From: an uncultured delta proteobacterium | GTDB taxonomy: Bacteria > Desulfobacterota > Binatia > Binatales > Binataceae | NCBI GenBank assembly: GCA_963765675.1 | Contig: CAVXXK010000004.1 | Coordinates: 32,001 to 96,000 of the forward strand | DNA length: 64,000 bases | Direction: 5' to 3' | Shown: one piece after another, positions 29,106-38,050 of the stretch | Numbering within the stretch: the first letter of the stretch is position 1 | Layout: each line of letters starts with the position of its first letter | The notes under the pieces: model-generated | Seen by the model: the letters and a program-made list of their open reading frames with translations, nothing else | The model's database searches: none | What the model was told of the DNA's origin: nothing | Position numbers and translations under genes: made by a program

Positions 29106-29975
29106 TCAGTTGAGCTTCACCAGGCTCGGACACCATCCGAGCCCCACTACTCCCGGTCCGCAGTATGCGCCCGCCGAGGGTCCGAGCTCGGTGGTGACGA
29201 TACGCTTGCACCTGAGACGCGCTTTCGCCAACTCGGCGAGCTTGGCCGCGCCGCCGGGATTCGCGCCGTGCGCTACCACGACGGTCGCCTCCGCGCCGGA
29301 GAGCTCGGCCTCCGCGCGCGCGAGCATCTTCTCGATATTTTCCGCCTGGGTTTTCGACTTGTCCACGACCGCAACCCGGCCCCAGATTCGGATCAGCGGC
29401 ACGGTGCCCTTGAGGCTTCCGACGTTCATTTCGTAAATCGAGATCCGGCCGTCGCGCTGCAGAAATTCGGTCGTCGCGGGAGCGAGAAAGGTATCGATCT
29501 GCGGGGTCGCTTCTTCGATCGCTGCGACGGTTTCGGCCAGCGTAGCGCCGCGCATCGCCATCTCGGCCGCTTCGATACAGATCGCGCCGAGCGCGGTGAG
29601 CGCGCGGCCGGTGTTCAGCACCTCGACGGCGATCTGGCTGTCGCGCTTGGCGACGACCGCCGCTGCGTACGCGGCAGTGTAGGTCGAGCACGATTCGAAA
29701 GGATTGATCAGGCAAAGGATCTGCTGGCCGCGCTCGTGCGCCTTGCGAAACGCCGCGAGAAAATCCGCCGGCATCGCGGCCGCGATGACCGGCAATCGCG
29801 GTTCGCCCGGCAATCGGCGATAGAACTCGCCGCGAGCGAGCGTGTCGTCGCGGAAATACTCGGTCGAGAATGCGACCTGAATCGGCGCAACCTCGATTCC
29901 GAGCCGGCTGATTTCGCCGGCCGGCAGGTCGACGCTCGAGTCGGTTACGATCGATAGAGTTTGAGCCACTTCCAT
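29106..29975 (-). CDS. DegV/FakB-like fatty-acid-binding protein (divergent)
   Basis: IVTDSSVDLP, EFYRRL, STY, LQRDGRI and LGPSAGAYCGPGVVG motifs. Confidence 0.85.
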   Translation of the reverse strand: MEVAQTLSIVTDSSVDLPAGEISRLGIEVAPIQVAFSTEYFRDDTLARGEFYRRLPGEPRLPVIAAAMPADFLAAFRKAHERGQQILCLINPFESCSTYTAAYAAAVVAKRDSQIAVEVLNTGRALTALGAICIEAAEMAMRGATLAETVAAIEEATPQIDTFLAPATTEFLQRDGRISIYEMNVGSLKGTVPLIRIWGRVAVVDKSKTQAENIEKMLARAEAELSGAEATVVVAHGANPGGAAKLAELAKARLRCKRIVTTELGPSAGAYCGPGVVGLGWCPSLVKLN

Positions 29976-30004
29976 ACCATTCGTTCAAGGATTTGGTTGA
30001 TCAG

Positions 30005-30033
30005 CGAATAGCGCGCGCCTGCTCGCGCGTCAA
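30005..30033 (-). promoter_or_regulatory. Putative sigma70 promoter of the degV-LLM-ADC operon
   Basis: Minus strand TTGACG-N17-TATTCG, 30 bp upstream of the degV start. Confidence 0.55.
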
Positions 30034-30038
30034 GTCGA

Positions 30039-30058
30039 GCCTAACGAGCGTTCGGTAG
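30039..30058. promoter_or_regulatory. Palindromic operator candidate
   Basis: TAACGAGCGTTCGGTA is near self-complementary, sits just upstream of the degV -35, and 30039-30055 is 15/17 identical to 44770-44786. Confidence 0.5.
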
Positions 30059-30419
30059 CCGTGGGTTCGTTTAGGCGATTTTGGTGGTTGGCATTTTAGA
30101 TTATCCAGCAAAACCAAGGGCTTTTGATCCAGAAACACCAGTTCGTTTTACTTTTTTCATAGACTCGCTTTTCGTCGGAGCAAATCTCGCGGCGGCGTCC
30201 GGCACGCATCACAATGATCGCACACCGCGCCAAATAAGATAAGGCTGAATAGCCTTGACAAAAATTTTGTCGCCCCAAAAACGACGATCGCCTTTCGATT
30301 GTCAAGGGAAACGTAAGGTCTGCTGAGCCCTTATCGCGCGGCGATGACGCAGCAGTTTATCCGGAGGTCTGCGCACGATAGACTTCTTGAACTTGCTGCC
30401 GGAGACGCAGCATCACGCA

Positions 30420-32858
30420 ATGGACGAACGTTACGACCCAAAACGAATCGAACCCTTCTGGCAGGCCGAGTGGGAGCGCGCCGATCTTTATCGCACGAGC
30501 GACGCTCCCGGGCGGCCGAAGTTCTACGTGCTCGAGATGTTCCCCTACCCTTCCGGCAACGGGCTGAGCGTCGGGCATCTGCACAATTACGTCCCGTGCG
30601 ACGTGATCGGCCGCTACAAAAGGATGACCGGGTTCAACGTGCTGCATCCGATGGGATGGGACGCGTTCGGATTGCCGGCGGAAAACGAAGCGCTCCTGCG
30701 CGGTGCGCATCCGACTGAAACCGTTCCGCGCTATGCCGCGAACTTCAAGCGCCAGCTCACGATCTCCGGATGCGCCTACGACTGGTCACGCGAGATCAAT
30801 TCGTCGTCGCCCGAGTACTACCGATGGACGCAGTGGTTCTTCCTGATGCTGCTGAAGCGCGGACTCGCGTACCGCGCGACGGGATCGCAATGGTGGTGCG
30901 ACAAGTGCCGCACGATCCTGGCCAACGAGCAGGTGGTCAACGGATGCTGTTGGCGGCATCCGGACAACCCGGTGACCAAGAAAGATCTCGAGCAGTGGTA
31001 CATCAAGATCACCGACTACGCTGACCGCTTGCTCGAGGACCTGGACGAGATCGATTGGCCCGAGCCGATTAAGCTGATGCAGCGCAACTGGATCGGCCGC
31101 AGCGAGGGCGCGGAACTCGCTTTCCCTGTGGCCGGGCATCAGGGCAAAGAAGTGCGCTTCTTCACCACGCGGCCCGACACCGTGTTTGGCGTGTCGTTCA
31201 TGGTGCTCGCGCCAGAGCATCCGCTGGTCGCGCAGATCACGACCGATGCGCAACGCTCGGCGGTCGAGCAGTACGCATCCGAGGCGCGTCGCCAGAGCGA
31301 GATCGAGCGGCTTTCCACCGTCAAGGAGAAAACCGGGGTCTTCACCGGCGCGTACGCGCACAATGTTTTCACGAAAAAAGACATTCCGATCTGGATCGCG
31401 GATTACGTGCTGATGGGCTACGGCACCGGCGCGATAATGGCCGCGCCCGGAGAGGATCAACGCGACTTCGAGTTCGCGACGAAGTACGGCCTCGAGATTC
31501 CGCGCGTCACCGCGCCTGCCGACGGGTCGGCGCCGCCGAAAGATCGCGCGTTCACGGAGCACGGCGTCGCGGTCAACTCCGGCTTCCTTGATGGCAAGAC
31601 GACGGTCGACGCGATTCGCGCGGTGTGTGACTTCGCAGAGCGGGGCCGAATCGGCAGTCCTACTATCAGCTACCGGATGCGCGATTGGCTGATCTCGCGG
31701 CAGCGTTACTGGGGATGCCCGATTCCGATCGTTTATTGCAAGGCCGAATGCGGGATCGTTCCAGTGCCTGAGGATCAACTGCCCGTGCTTCTGCCCGCAA
31801 TGAAGGACTATCAGCCGTCGGGAACGGGGCGTTCGCCGCTCGCCAACGTGCCGGAGTTCGTCAACACGACTTGTCCGCGATGCGGCGGACCGGCGGAGCG
31901 CGAGACCGACACGCTGGACGGCTTCGCGTGCTCGTCGTGGTATTTTCTGCGCTTCGCGTCACCGCATGAGGATCGCGCGCCGTTCGATCGCGCGGCGGTC
32001 GACTACTGGCTGCCCGTCGATCTTTACGTCGGCGGTGCAGAGCACGCCGTCATGCACCTTCTATACGCGCGGATGTGGACCAAGGTGATGTTCGACGCGG
32101 AGCTGATCTCGTTCCAGGAGCCTTTTCCCAAGCTGCGCAACCAGGGCGTGGTGTGGGCCGCCGACGGCCAGCGGATGTCCAAATCGAAGGGCAACGTCGT
32201 CACGCCCGATGCGATGATCGAAAAGTACGGCGCGGACGCGCTCCGGCTCTGGGAGCTGTTCATGGGGCCGTTCGACGAGGACACCAAGTGGAACGAGAGC
32301 GGTGTGGCCGGCACCGAGCGCTTTCTGATCCGCGTGTGGTCGTGGGTACGGCGCTACGTCGAGGCCGGATGTCCTCAGGGCGCTCCTTCGGACGAGACCT
32401 TTCATCGCGCGCACAAGACGCTCGGAATTGTAACCGAACATCTCGAGCAGATGCGCTTCAACACCGGGCTCGCCGCGTTGATGGAGCATCTCAACTATGT
32501 TGCGAAGCTCGAACCCGAGCAGATGAATCGATTCGTCGTCGAGTCGTTCGTCGTTATGCTCGCGCCGATGGCGCCGTACATCGGCGAGGAGCTATGGCGC
32601 GCGCTCGGGCATGAGGATTCGGTGCATCGCGAGCGCTGGCCGGTGTTCGATCCCGCGCTCGCTCGCGAAGAGACGGTGACCGTCGTGGTGCAGGTCAACG
32701 GAAAGGTGCGCGAGCGGCTGCAAGTCGCTGCGGGAGCGCGAGAAGACGAAGTAAAGGCGCTCGCGCTGCAAAGCGAAGCGGTAACAAAGCATCTGGGCGG
32801 CAAACCTCCGCGCAAGTTCATCTTCATCAAGGACAAGATGCTAAGCATCGTCGCGTGA
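30420..32858 (+). CDS. leuS: Leucyl-tRNA synthetase
   Basis: YVLEMFPYPSG, PMGWDAFGLPAEN, FTTRPDT, GTG editing region, RDWLISRQRYWG, RMSKS and QVNGKVR motifs. Start reset to ATG 30420. Confidence 0.98.
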   Translation: MDERYDPKRIEPFWQAEWERADLYRTSDAPGRPKFYVLEMFPYPSGNGLSVGHLHNYVPCDVIGRYKRMTGFNVLHPMGWDAFGLPAENEALLRGAHPTETVPRYAANFKRQLTISGCAYDWSREINSSSPEYYRWTQWFFLMLLKRGLAYRATGSQWWCDKCRTILANEQVVNGCCWRHPDNPVTKKDLEQWYIKITDYADRLLEDLDEIDWPEPIKLMQRNWIGRSEGAELAFPVAGHQGKEVRFFTTRPDTVFGVSFMVLAPEHPLVAQITTDAQRSAVEQYASEARRQSEIERLSTVKEKTGVFTGAYAHNVFTKKDIPIWIADYVLMGYGTGAIMAAPGEDQRDFEFATKYGLEIPRVTAPADGSAPPKDRAFTEHGVAVNSGFLDGKTTVDAIRAVCDFAERGRIGSPTISYRMRDWLISRQRYWGCPIPIVYCKAECGIVPVPEDQLPVLLPAMKDYQPSGTGRSPLANVPEFVNTTCPRCGGPAERETDTLDGFACSSWYFLRFASPHEDRAPFDRAAVDYWLPVDLYVGGAEHAVMHLLYARMWTKVMFDAELISFQEPFPKLRNQGVVWAADGQRMSKSKGNVVTPDAMIEKYGADALRLWELFMGPFDEDTKWNESGVAGTERFLIRVWSWVRRYVEAGCPQGAPSDETFHRAHKTLGIVTEHLEQMRFNTGLAALMEHLNYVAKLEPEQMNRFVVESFVVMLAPMAPYIGEELWRALGHEDSVHRERWPVFDPALAREETVTVVVQVNGKVRERLQVAAGAREDEVKALALQSEAVTKHLGGKPPRKFIFIKDKMLSIVA

Positions 32859-32863
32859 GCGAT

Positions 32864-32989
32864 TTCAGGGCGGCGCGCTAGCGACGCGCGATTAGAAGAG
32901 CAGAGCAGCACCCTCACCCGCGCGTCACGATGCTTGCGAAAAAGAATTGCAAGCATCGCGCCGCGCCACCCTCTCCCGGTGGGAGAGGG
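32864..32989 (+). repeat. REP/BoxC-like structured intergenic repeat, copy 2
   Basis: Same element as 27042, with a perfect internal stem CGATGCTTGC/GCAAGCATCG (32928-32958) and terminal stem CCCTCTCCC/GGGAGAGGG (32969-32989). Confidence 0.85.
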
Positions 32990-33088
32990 TATCAGAGGCG
33001 GGCGCGTATTCAGGGAACTTGAAGACATACAAGTTGCGTGCGATGCTTCCGCCGGCGGACACCTTTTCTACATTCAGGAGCGATCTAC

Positions 33089-33859
33089 ATGGCTGAGGAA
33101 GTTCTTAAGATAACGCGTCAGGCGAATTATGCGGTTCTGACCTTGAATCGTCCGGAGAAGCGCAATGCGCTTAATCAGCCGCTGATCGAGGCGCTCAACG
33201 CAGCGCTCGCCCAGTTCGAAAACGACAAGGAAATCCGCGCGCTGCTCCTGCGCGGCGAGGGCTCGAGCTTCTGCGCGGGAATCGATCTGAAAGAAGTTGA
33301 CGAGGCCGAGGGCGGACACAATCCGACCTCGCTCGAATTTGTCTTCGGCCGCCTCGAGCGCTTCCCGGTCCCGACGATCGCCGCGGTGCACGGTGCGGCT
33401 CTTGCCGGAGGGCTCGAGCTGGCGCTGCATTGCGATCTGCGGATCGCGAGCGCCAACGCCAGGCTCGGCATGACGCTCGGGCGCGTCGGCCTTATGGTGC
33501 CGTACGATTTCACGCGCAAGCTGATCGAGATTTGCGGCTCGGCGAATACCGCGTGGATCCTCTACACCGCCGAGCTTATCGAGGCGGAACGCGCACGGCA
33601 CATGGCGATGGTCCACGAAGTGGTGCCCGACGCGAAGCTGGGCGAAGTCACGACCGCGCTGGCCGAGAAGATTGCCGACAATGCTCCGCTGTCGCTGCGC
33701 GCGATGAAATCGACGGTGCGCCGGTGCATGACCGAAACCTTCGACGCGTGGCACGACGACCTCAATCGCCTGGCGCGCGATGTTCGCCAGAGCAAGGACG
33801 CCAAGGAAGGGGTGCGCGCGTTCCTGGAGAAGCGCAAACCCGCGTGGAAAGCTGAGTAG
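33089..33859 (+). CDS. Enoyl-CoA hydratase/isomerase family protein
   Basis: LNRPEKRNA, FCAGIDL, AGGLELALHCD and EGVRAFLEKR motifs. AGGAG SD before ATG 33089. Confidence 0.92.
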   Translation: MAEEVLKITRQANYAVLTLNRPEKRNALNQPLIEALNAALAQFENDKEIRALLLRGEGSSFCAGIDLKEVDEAEGGHNPTSLEFVFGRLERFPVPTIAAVHGAALAGGLELALHCDLRIASANARLGMTLGRVGLMVPYDFTRKLIEICGSANTAWILYTAELIEAERARHMAMVHEVVPDAKLGEVTTALAEKIADNAPLSLRAMKSTVRRCMTETFDAWHDDLNRLARDVRQSKDAKEGVRAFLEKRKPAWKAE

Positions 33860-33868
33860 AGGGCAGGC

Positions 33869-34912
33869 TCAGCGGCGGCGTCCGAGTGCTTCCCTGATCG
33901 CGGCGGTGTTCGCGAGCAAGGTGCTCGGCAGGTTCAAGGTTCCGGCGACGTTCGAGTACGGATACATCCGCGCATTGATATGCGCATGGAGCGGCAGCCC
34001 CTCGCCCTGGTGAATCTCGTAGTCGAGCGGCAGCGGACCCATCAGCGCGAGAATCCGGTAGATCGCGCCCGAGAACTCGCGCAGTTCCTCGGTGGACAAT
34101 TCCGGAAGCTGCGCGTCGCGAAATTGATGCATCACGACGTCGTAGCTGCGCGGAAACGCGCCGATCGGACTCGCGTAGCTGATGATATTGCCGCGATTCT
34201 CGATCGTCAGGCCGAGGCGGTCCATCAGGTTGATAATCTCCTCGAACAGCCCGGGCGTTTCGCGCTCCGCGCGCGCCTCCGCCGCGACCGCCGGAAACGG
34301 CTCCGGCGATCCCAGGATCTGCTGATGCAAATGCGGTTGCGAGGCGCCTGACTCGCGTCCCTGGTTCTTGCGGATCACGACCGCGCGCACCGCGCGATTC
34401 TCCCGCGCCAGGCGCATCACGCGCACGTCGGCTTGCAGCAGATGAAAGAAATGCTCCTCGCCGAGCGCGCCGGTAAAGGTCAATTCGCTGCGCGTGTGCG
34501 GATTGTCATTGTCGATAAAATGGCGCGGATCCTCGACCACGATATACGATTCGTTGCGATTTCCGGTCAGCTCGGCCGGGATGCGCGGAAAAAGATTGTT
34601 GAACACGCGCACCACCCATCCGTCGCCGCCGCGCGCCGCGGCTCCGCTCCATTCAGCCATCTCCGCCGGCGTCACGCGGAAAATCTCGCCGGTAGTGAGC
34701 GCCTCGTTGCCCGGACAGAAGGGACAATTGGCGGTTGCGCGGCTGACCTGCTCGGCGCTAAGCGGCGCAGCGTGAGCCACGCTGCCGGCGTCGCGGCCGA
34801 GGGTGAACGCGAAGCTCTTCGCGCGCACGTCAACAACGTAGGAGATGACCCCGGTCACAGGATTGCGGATCCAGACCAGCGCACCGTCACGCGTTTCATG
34901 TTCTATCGGCAT
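33869..34912 (-). CDS. GalT-like (HIT-superfamily) nucleotidylyltransferase
   Basis: CPFCPGNE, VRVFNNLFP and KNQG..SGASQPHLHQQ (HxHxQ) motifs. Confidence 0.8.
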   Translation of the reverse strand: MPIEHETRDGALVWIRNPVTGVISYVVDVRAKSFAFTLGRDAGSVAHAAPLSAEQVSRATANCPFCPGNEALTTGEIFRVTPAEMAEWSGAAARGGDGWVVRVFNNLFPRIPAELTGNRNESYIVVEDPRHFIDNDNPHTRSELTFTGALGEEHFFHLLQADVRVMRLARENRAVRAVVIRKNQGRESGASQPHLHQQILGSPEPFPAVAAEARAERETPGLFEEIINLMDRLGLTIENRGNIISYASPIGAFPRSYDVVMHQFRDAQLPELSTEELREFSGAIYRILALMGPLPLDYEIHQGEGLPLHAHINARMYPYSNVAGTLNLPSTLLANTAAIREALGRRR

Positions 34913-35018
34913 CGCATTCCATCGGTATCGGTTGAAATATCGGTTAAATCATCAGCGGCGCGCCTTTTCAACGCATGGGCTCCTGTGAGGAAACGTTTTG
35001 CAACGCTCGCGCTCAAAC

Positions 35019-35047
35019 TTGACTCTCCGGAAACGCTCCGTTATCCA
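35019..35047 (+). promoter_or_regulatory. Putative sigma70 promoter of the aminotransferase-serA run
   Basis: TTGACT-N17-TATCCA. Confidence 0.5.
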
Positions 35048-35104
35048 AATAGATAGGACGGGGGCTCGGGACGTCCCGGGCGCGAAATCGGGGTGGCATT
35101 CGGG

Positions 35105-35143
35105 GTCTGGCGATCCGCGCCTGCGGACACCAGGCTTTTTTTT
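35105..35143 (+). terminator. Intrinsic terminator within a 5' leader (attenuator or sRNA end)
   Basis: GTCTGG..TCCGC-GCCT-GCGGA..CCAGGC hairpin plus T8. There is no plus-strand gene upstream to terminate. Confidence 0.65.
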
Positions 35144-35220
35144 GCTGGACCGCGCGTGAGCCGGATCGATGCCACGCGCGCCCTCCGACGGTCTTGCCCG
35201 CGTCCGGTCGAGAAATAGTT

Positions 35221-36372
35221 GTGACACCATCAAAGAAATATCTGTTCACGCCCGGCCCCGTCTCCGTGCCGCCCGAAGTGCTGCTCGAGATGGCGCAGCC
35301 GATCATCCATCATCGTACGCCCGCGTTCAGCGCGACGCTGGACCAGGCTCGCGAGCGGCTGAAGCCGCTGTTCGGGACCGCGCAAGAGCCGATCCTCCTG
35401 TCGTCGTCGGGGACCGGCGCGATGGAGGCGTCGGTAATCAATCTGCTCGCGCCAGGCGACCATGCGATTTACGTCAATGGCGGCAAATTCGGCGAGCGCT
35501 GGGGCAAGATCCTTGCGGCGTTCGGGATGATCCCGCACGAGATCAAAGTCGAATGGGGCCGCGCCGTGCGTCCCGAGCAGGTTGACGACGCGCTGAAGGC
35601 GCATCCGGAATCCAAGGCAGTGCTGGTACAGGCGAGCGAGACCTCGACCTGCGCGATTCATCCAATCGGCGCGATCGGCGAAGTGACCCGGCGGCGCGGC
35701 GCGATGCTGATCGTCGACGGGATCACGTCGGTCGGCGTGTTCGAGCAGAAGATGGACGAATGGGGCGTCGACGCGTTCATCACCGGAAGCCAGAAGGCGA
35801 TAATGCTGCCGCCGGGACTCGGGATCGTCGTGCTGTCGGAGCGCGGAATCGACGCGGCGAAAAAAAACCAGACGCCGAAATTTTATTTCGATCTTCCAAA
35901 GGAACTGAAGGCGCAACGCGATGAGCATACCACCGCGTTCACGCCGGCGGTCGGCCTCATCTTCGGACTCAACAAGTCGATGGAGCTGCTGCACGCGGAG
36001 ACTCTGCCGCGAGTGTTCGCGCGCCACGCCGCGATGGCGCTCGCGACGCGCGAGGCGGGGCTCGCGCTGGGGCTCAAGCTTATCGCGCCTGACAGTCCCG
36101 CTCCTGGAGTCACCGGGCTAATCGTCCCCGACGGCTTCGATAGCGGCAAGCTGGTGAAATACATGCGCGACGTGCTCGGCGTCGCAGTGCAGGGCGGGCA
36201 GGATCAGATGAAAGGCAAGCTGGTGCGAATCGGGCATATGGGTCATCTGACGCCGTTCGATATGCTGATCGCGATAAGCGCGCTCGAAGCTGGACTCGCA
36301 AATCTTGGCTACGAATTCCGGACCGGCGCGGGCGTCGCGGCGGTCCAATCACGAATCGCACGGAGCATCTGA
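35221..36372 (+). CDS. Class V PLP aminotransferase (serine-pyruvate/alanine-glyoxylate family; likely acts as phosphoserine aminotransferase)
   Basis: LFTPGP, HHRT, SSGTGAME, ETST, VDGITS, GSQKA and RIGHMG motifs; 7 bp upstream of serA. Confidence 0.88.
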   Translation: MTPSKKYLFTPGPVSVPPEVLLEMAQPIIHHRTPAFSATLDQARERLKPLFGTAQEPILLSSSGTGAMEASVINLLAPGDHAIYVNGGKFGERWGKILAAFGMIPHEIKVEWGRAVRPEQVDDALKAHPESKAVLVQASETSTCAIHPIGAIGEVTRRRGAMLIVDGITSVGVFEQKMDEWGVDAFITGSQKAIMLPPGLGIVVLSERGIDAAKKNQTPKFYFDLPKELKAQRDEHTTAFTPAVGLIFGLNKSMELLHAETLPRVFARHAAMALATREAGLALGLKLIAPDSPAPGVTGLIVPDGFDSGKLVKYMRDVLGVAVQGGQDQMKGKLVRIGHMGHLTPFDMLIAISALEAGLANLGYEFRTGAGVAAVQSRIARSI

Positions 36373-36379
36373 AGCGAAC

Positions 36380-37975
36380 ATGGCGGAAAGCTTCCGCGTC
36401 CTGCTTAGCGATACGCTGGCACCTCAGGGAATCGAGGTTCTCAAGCGCTATCCTCAACTCAAATTCGACATCAAGACGGGGCTTAAGTCCGCCGAGCTGG
36501 CCGCGATTATCGGCGACTACGACGCGCTGCTGATTCGCAGCGGGACCAAAGTCACCAAGGAAATAATCGACCACGCGACGCGGTTGCGCGTCATCGGGCG
36601 CGCGGGCGTCGGCGTCGATAATGTCGATATTCCGCCGGCGACGCGGCGCGGAATCGTGGTGATGAACAGTCCGCTCGGCAACAGCGTCACGACCGCCGAG
36701 CACGCGATCTCGATGATGATGGCGATGGCGCGGCATATTCCGGCCGCCAACGCCTCGCTGCGCGCGGGGAAATGGGAACGCACGAAATTCACCGGTGCTG
36801 AGATTTGCAACAAGACGCTTGGCGTCGTCGGACTCGGAAATATCGGACGGATCGTCGCCGACCGCGGCGCCGGCCTCAAGATGAAAGTTATCGGCTACGA
36901 CCCGATCCTCACCGCCGATGCCGCCGCGCGCCTTGGGATCGAGCTCGTCAGCCTGGACGAGCTGTTCACCCGCGCCGATTTTATCACCGTGCACACGCCG
37001 CTGACCGACGACACGCGCGGGCTCGTCGATGCGGCAGCGTTCGCGAAGATGAAAAAGGGCGTGCGCGTGATCAATTGCGCGCGCGGCGGGATTATCGACG
37101 AACAGGCGCTCGCCGACGCGATTACATCCGGCAAAGTCGCGGGCGCCGCGCTCGACGTGTTCGTCGAGGAGCCTCCGCCGCGCGAGCATCCGCTGCTTAA
37201 GCTCGACGCAGTGATCGCGACGCCGCATCTCGGCGCCGCCACCGACGAAGCGCAAGTCCAGGTCTCGGTCGATATCGCGCAGCAGGTCGCGGATTTCCTG
37301 ATCGACGGCACGATTCGCAACGCGGTGAATATTCCCGCGGTCACACCCAAGGAGCTCGAAATTCTCGGGCCTCATCTTATGCTCGGCGAAAAGCTCGGAC
37401 GCCTGGTCGCGCAATTGATCACGGATGCGCCGACCGGCGTGACCGTGGCGTTCGGCGGCGAGGCCGCGAATCTCAAACCCGACGCGATCACCGCCGCGGT
37501 CCTCAAGGGGTTGATGACCGGATTTCTCGACGAGGAACTGAACGTCGTCAACGCGCCGTATATCGCCACCGAGCGCGGCATCCGAATCGCGGAAACGCGC
37601 TCGCGCGAAGTCACCGATTATCTCAACACCCTGTCCGTGACGGTGCGCACCGACGCGGGCGAGCACGACGTATCGGGCGCGGTGCTGGGGAATCGCGCGA
37701 TGCGCCTGACGCGGATCGACGGCTACCGTGTCGAAGCGGTTCCCGAAGGCTACTTCCTGATGCTGCATAATCGCGACGTTCCCGGAGTGGTCGGCGCGGT
37801 TGGCACGCTCTTGGGAGAATCGGGAATCAATATTGCCGGACTGGAGCTCGGACGCGACCGCGTCGGCGGAACCGCGCTCAGCCTGATCGAAGTTGATGGC
37901 GCCGTGCCGGCCGCGGTGCTCGAAAAACTCAAGACGGTCGCAGCCATCACGTCGGCGACGCTGCTTAAGCTCTGA
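36380..37975 (+). CDS. serA: D-3-phosphoglycerate dehydrogenase (long form with ASB and ACT domains)
   Basis: IGRAGVGVDN, GLGNIG, NCARGG, ALDVF..EP, TPHLGA and NRDVPGVVG motifs. Start reset to 36380. Confidence 0.96.
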   Translation: MAESFRVLLSDTLAPQGIEVLKRYPQLKFDIKTGLKSAELAAIIGDYDALLIRSGTKVTKEIIDHATRLRVIGRAGVGVDNVDIPPATRRGIVVMNSPLGNSVTTAEHAISMMMAMARHIPAANASLRAGKWERTKFTGAEICNKTLGVVGLGNIGRIVADRGAGLKMKVIGYDPILTADAAARLGIELVSLDELFTRADFITVHTPLTDDTRGLVDAAAFAKMKKGVRVINCARGGIIDEQALADAITSGKVAGAALDVFVEEPPPREHPLLKLDAVIATPHLGAATDEAQVQVSVDIAQQVADFLIDGTIRNAVNIPAVTPKELEILGPHLMLGEKLGRLVAQLITDAPTGVTVAFGGEAANLKPDAITAAVLKGLMTGFLDEELNVVNAPYIATERGIRIAETRSREVTDYLNTLSVTVRTDAGEHDVSGAVLGNRAMRLTRIDGYRVEAVPEGYFLMLHNRDVPGVVGAVGTLLGESGINIAGLELGRDRVGGTALSLIEVDGAVPAAVLEKLKTVAAITSATLLKL

Positions 37976-38050
37976 AGGGACGAATCAATCGCGACTGGCG
38001 CATCTCTCGTAAGGATGCGCGGCGCGCGCGCGTGCGCGCGGGGGAATTCG

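Noticed and set aside
26991-32989. Possible CRISPR array or IS ends
   Set aside because: The copies are dispersed about 5.8 kb apart with no regular spacers, cas genes, transposase or terminal inverted repeats.
35060-35143. SRP RNA, 6S RNA, ZTP or glycine riboswitch
   Set aside because: It starts GGGGGCTC like 4.5S RNA but lacks the helix-8 core. There is no symmetric 6S bubble, and the ZTP and glycine aptamer cores are not matched.
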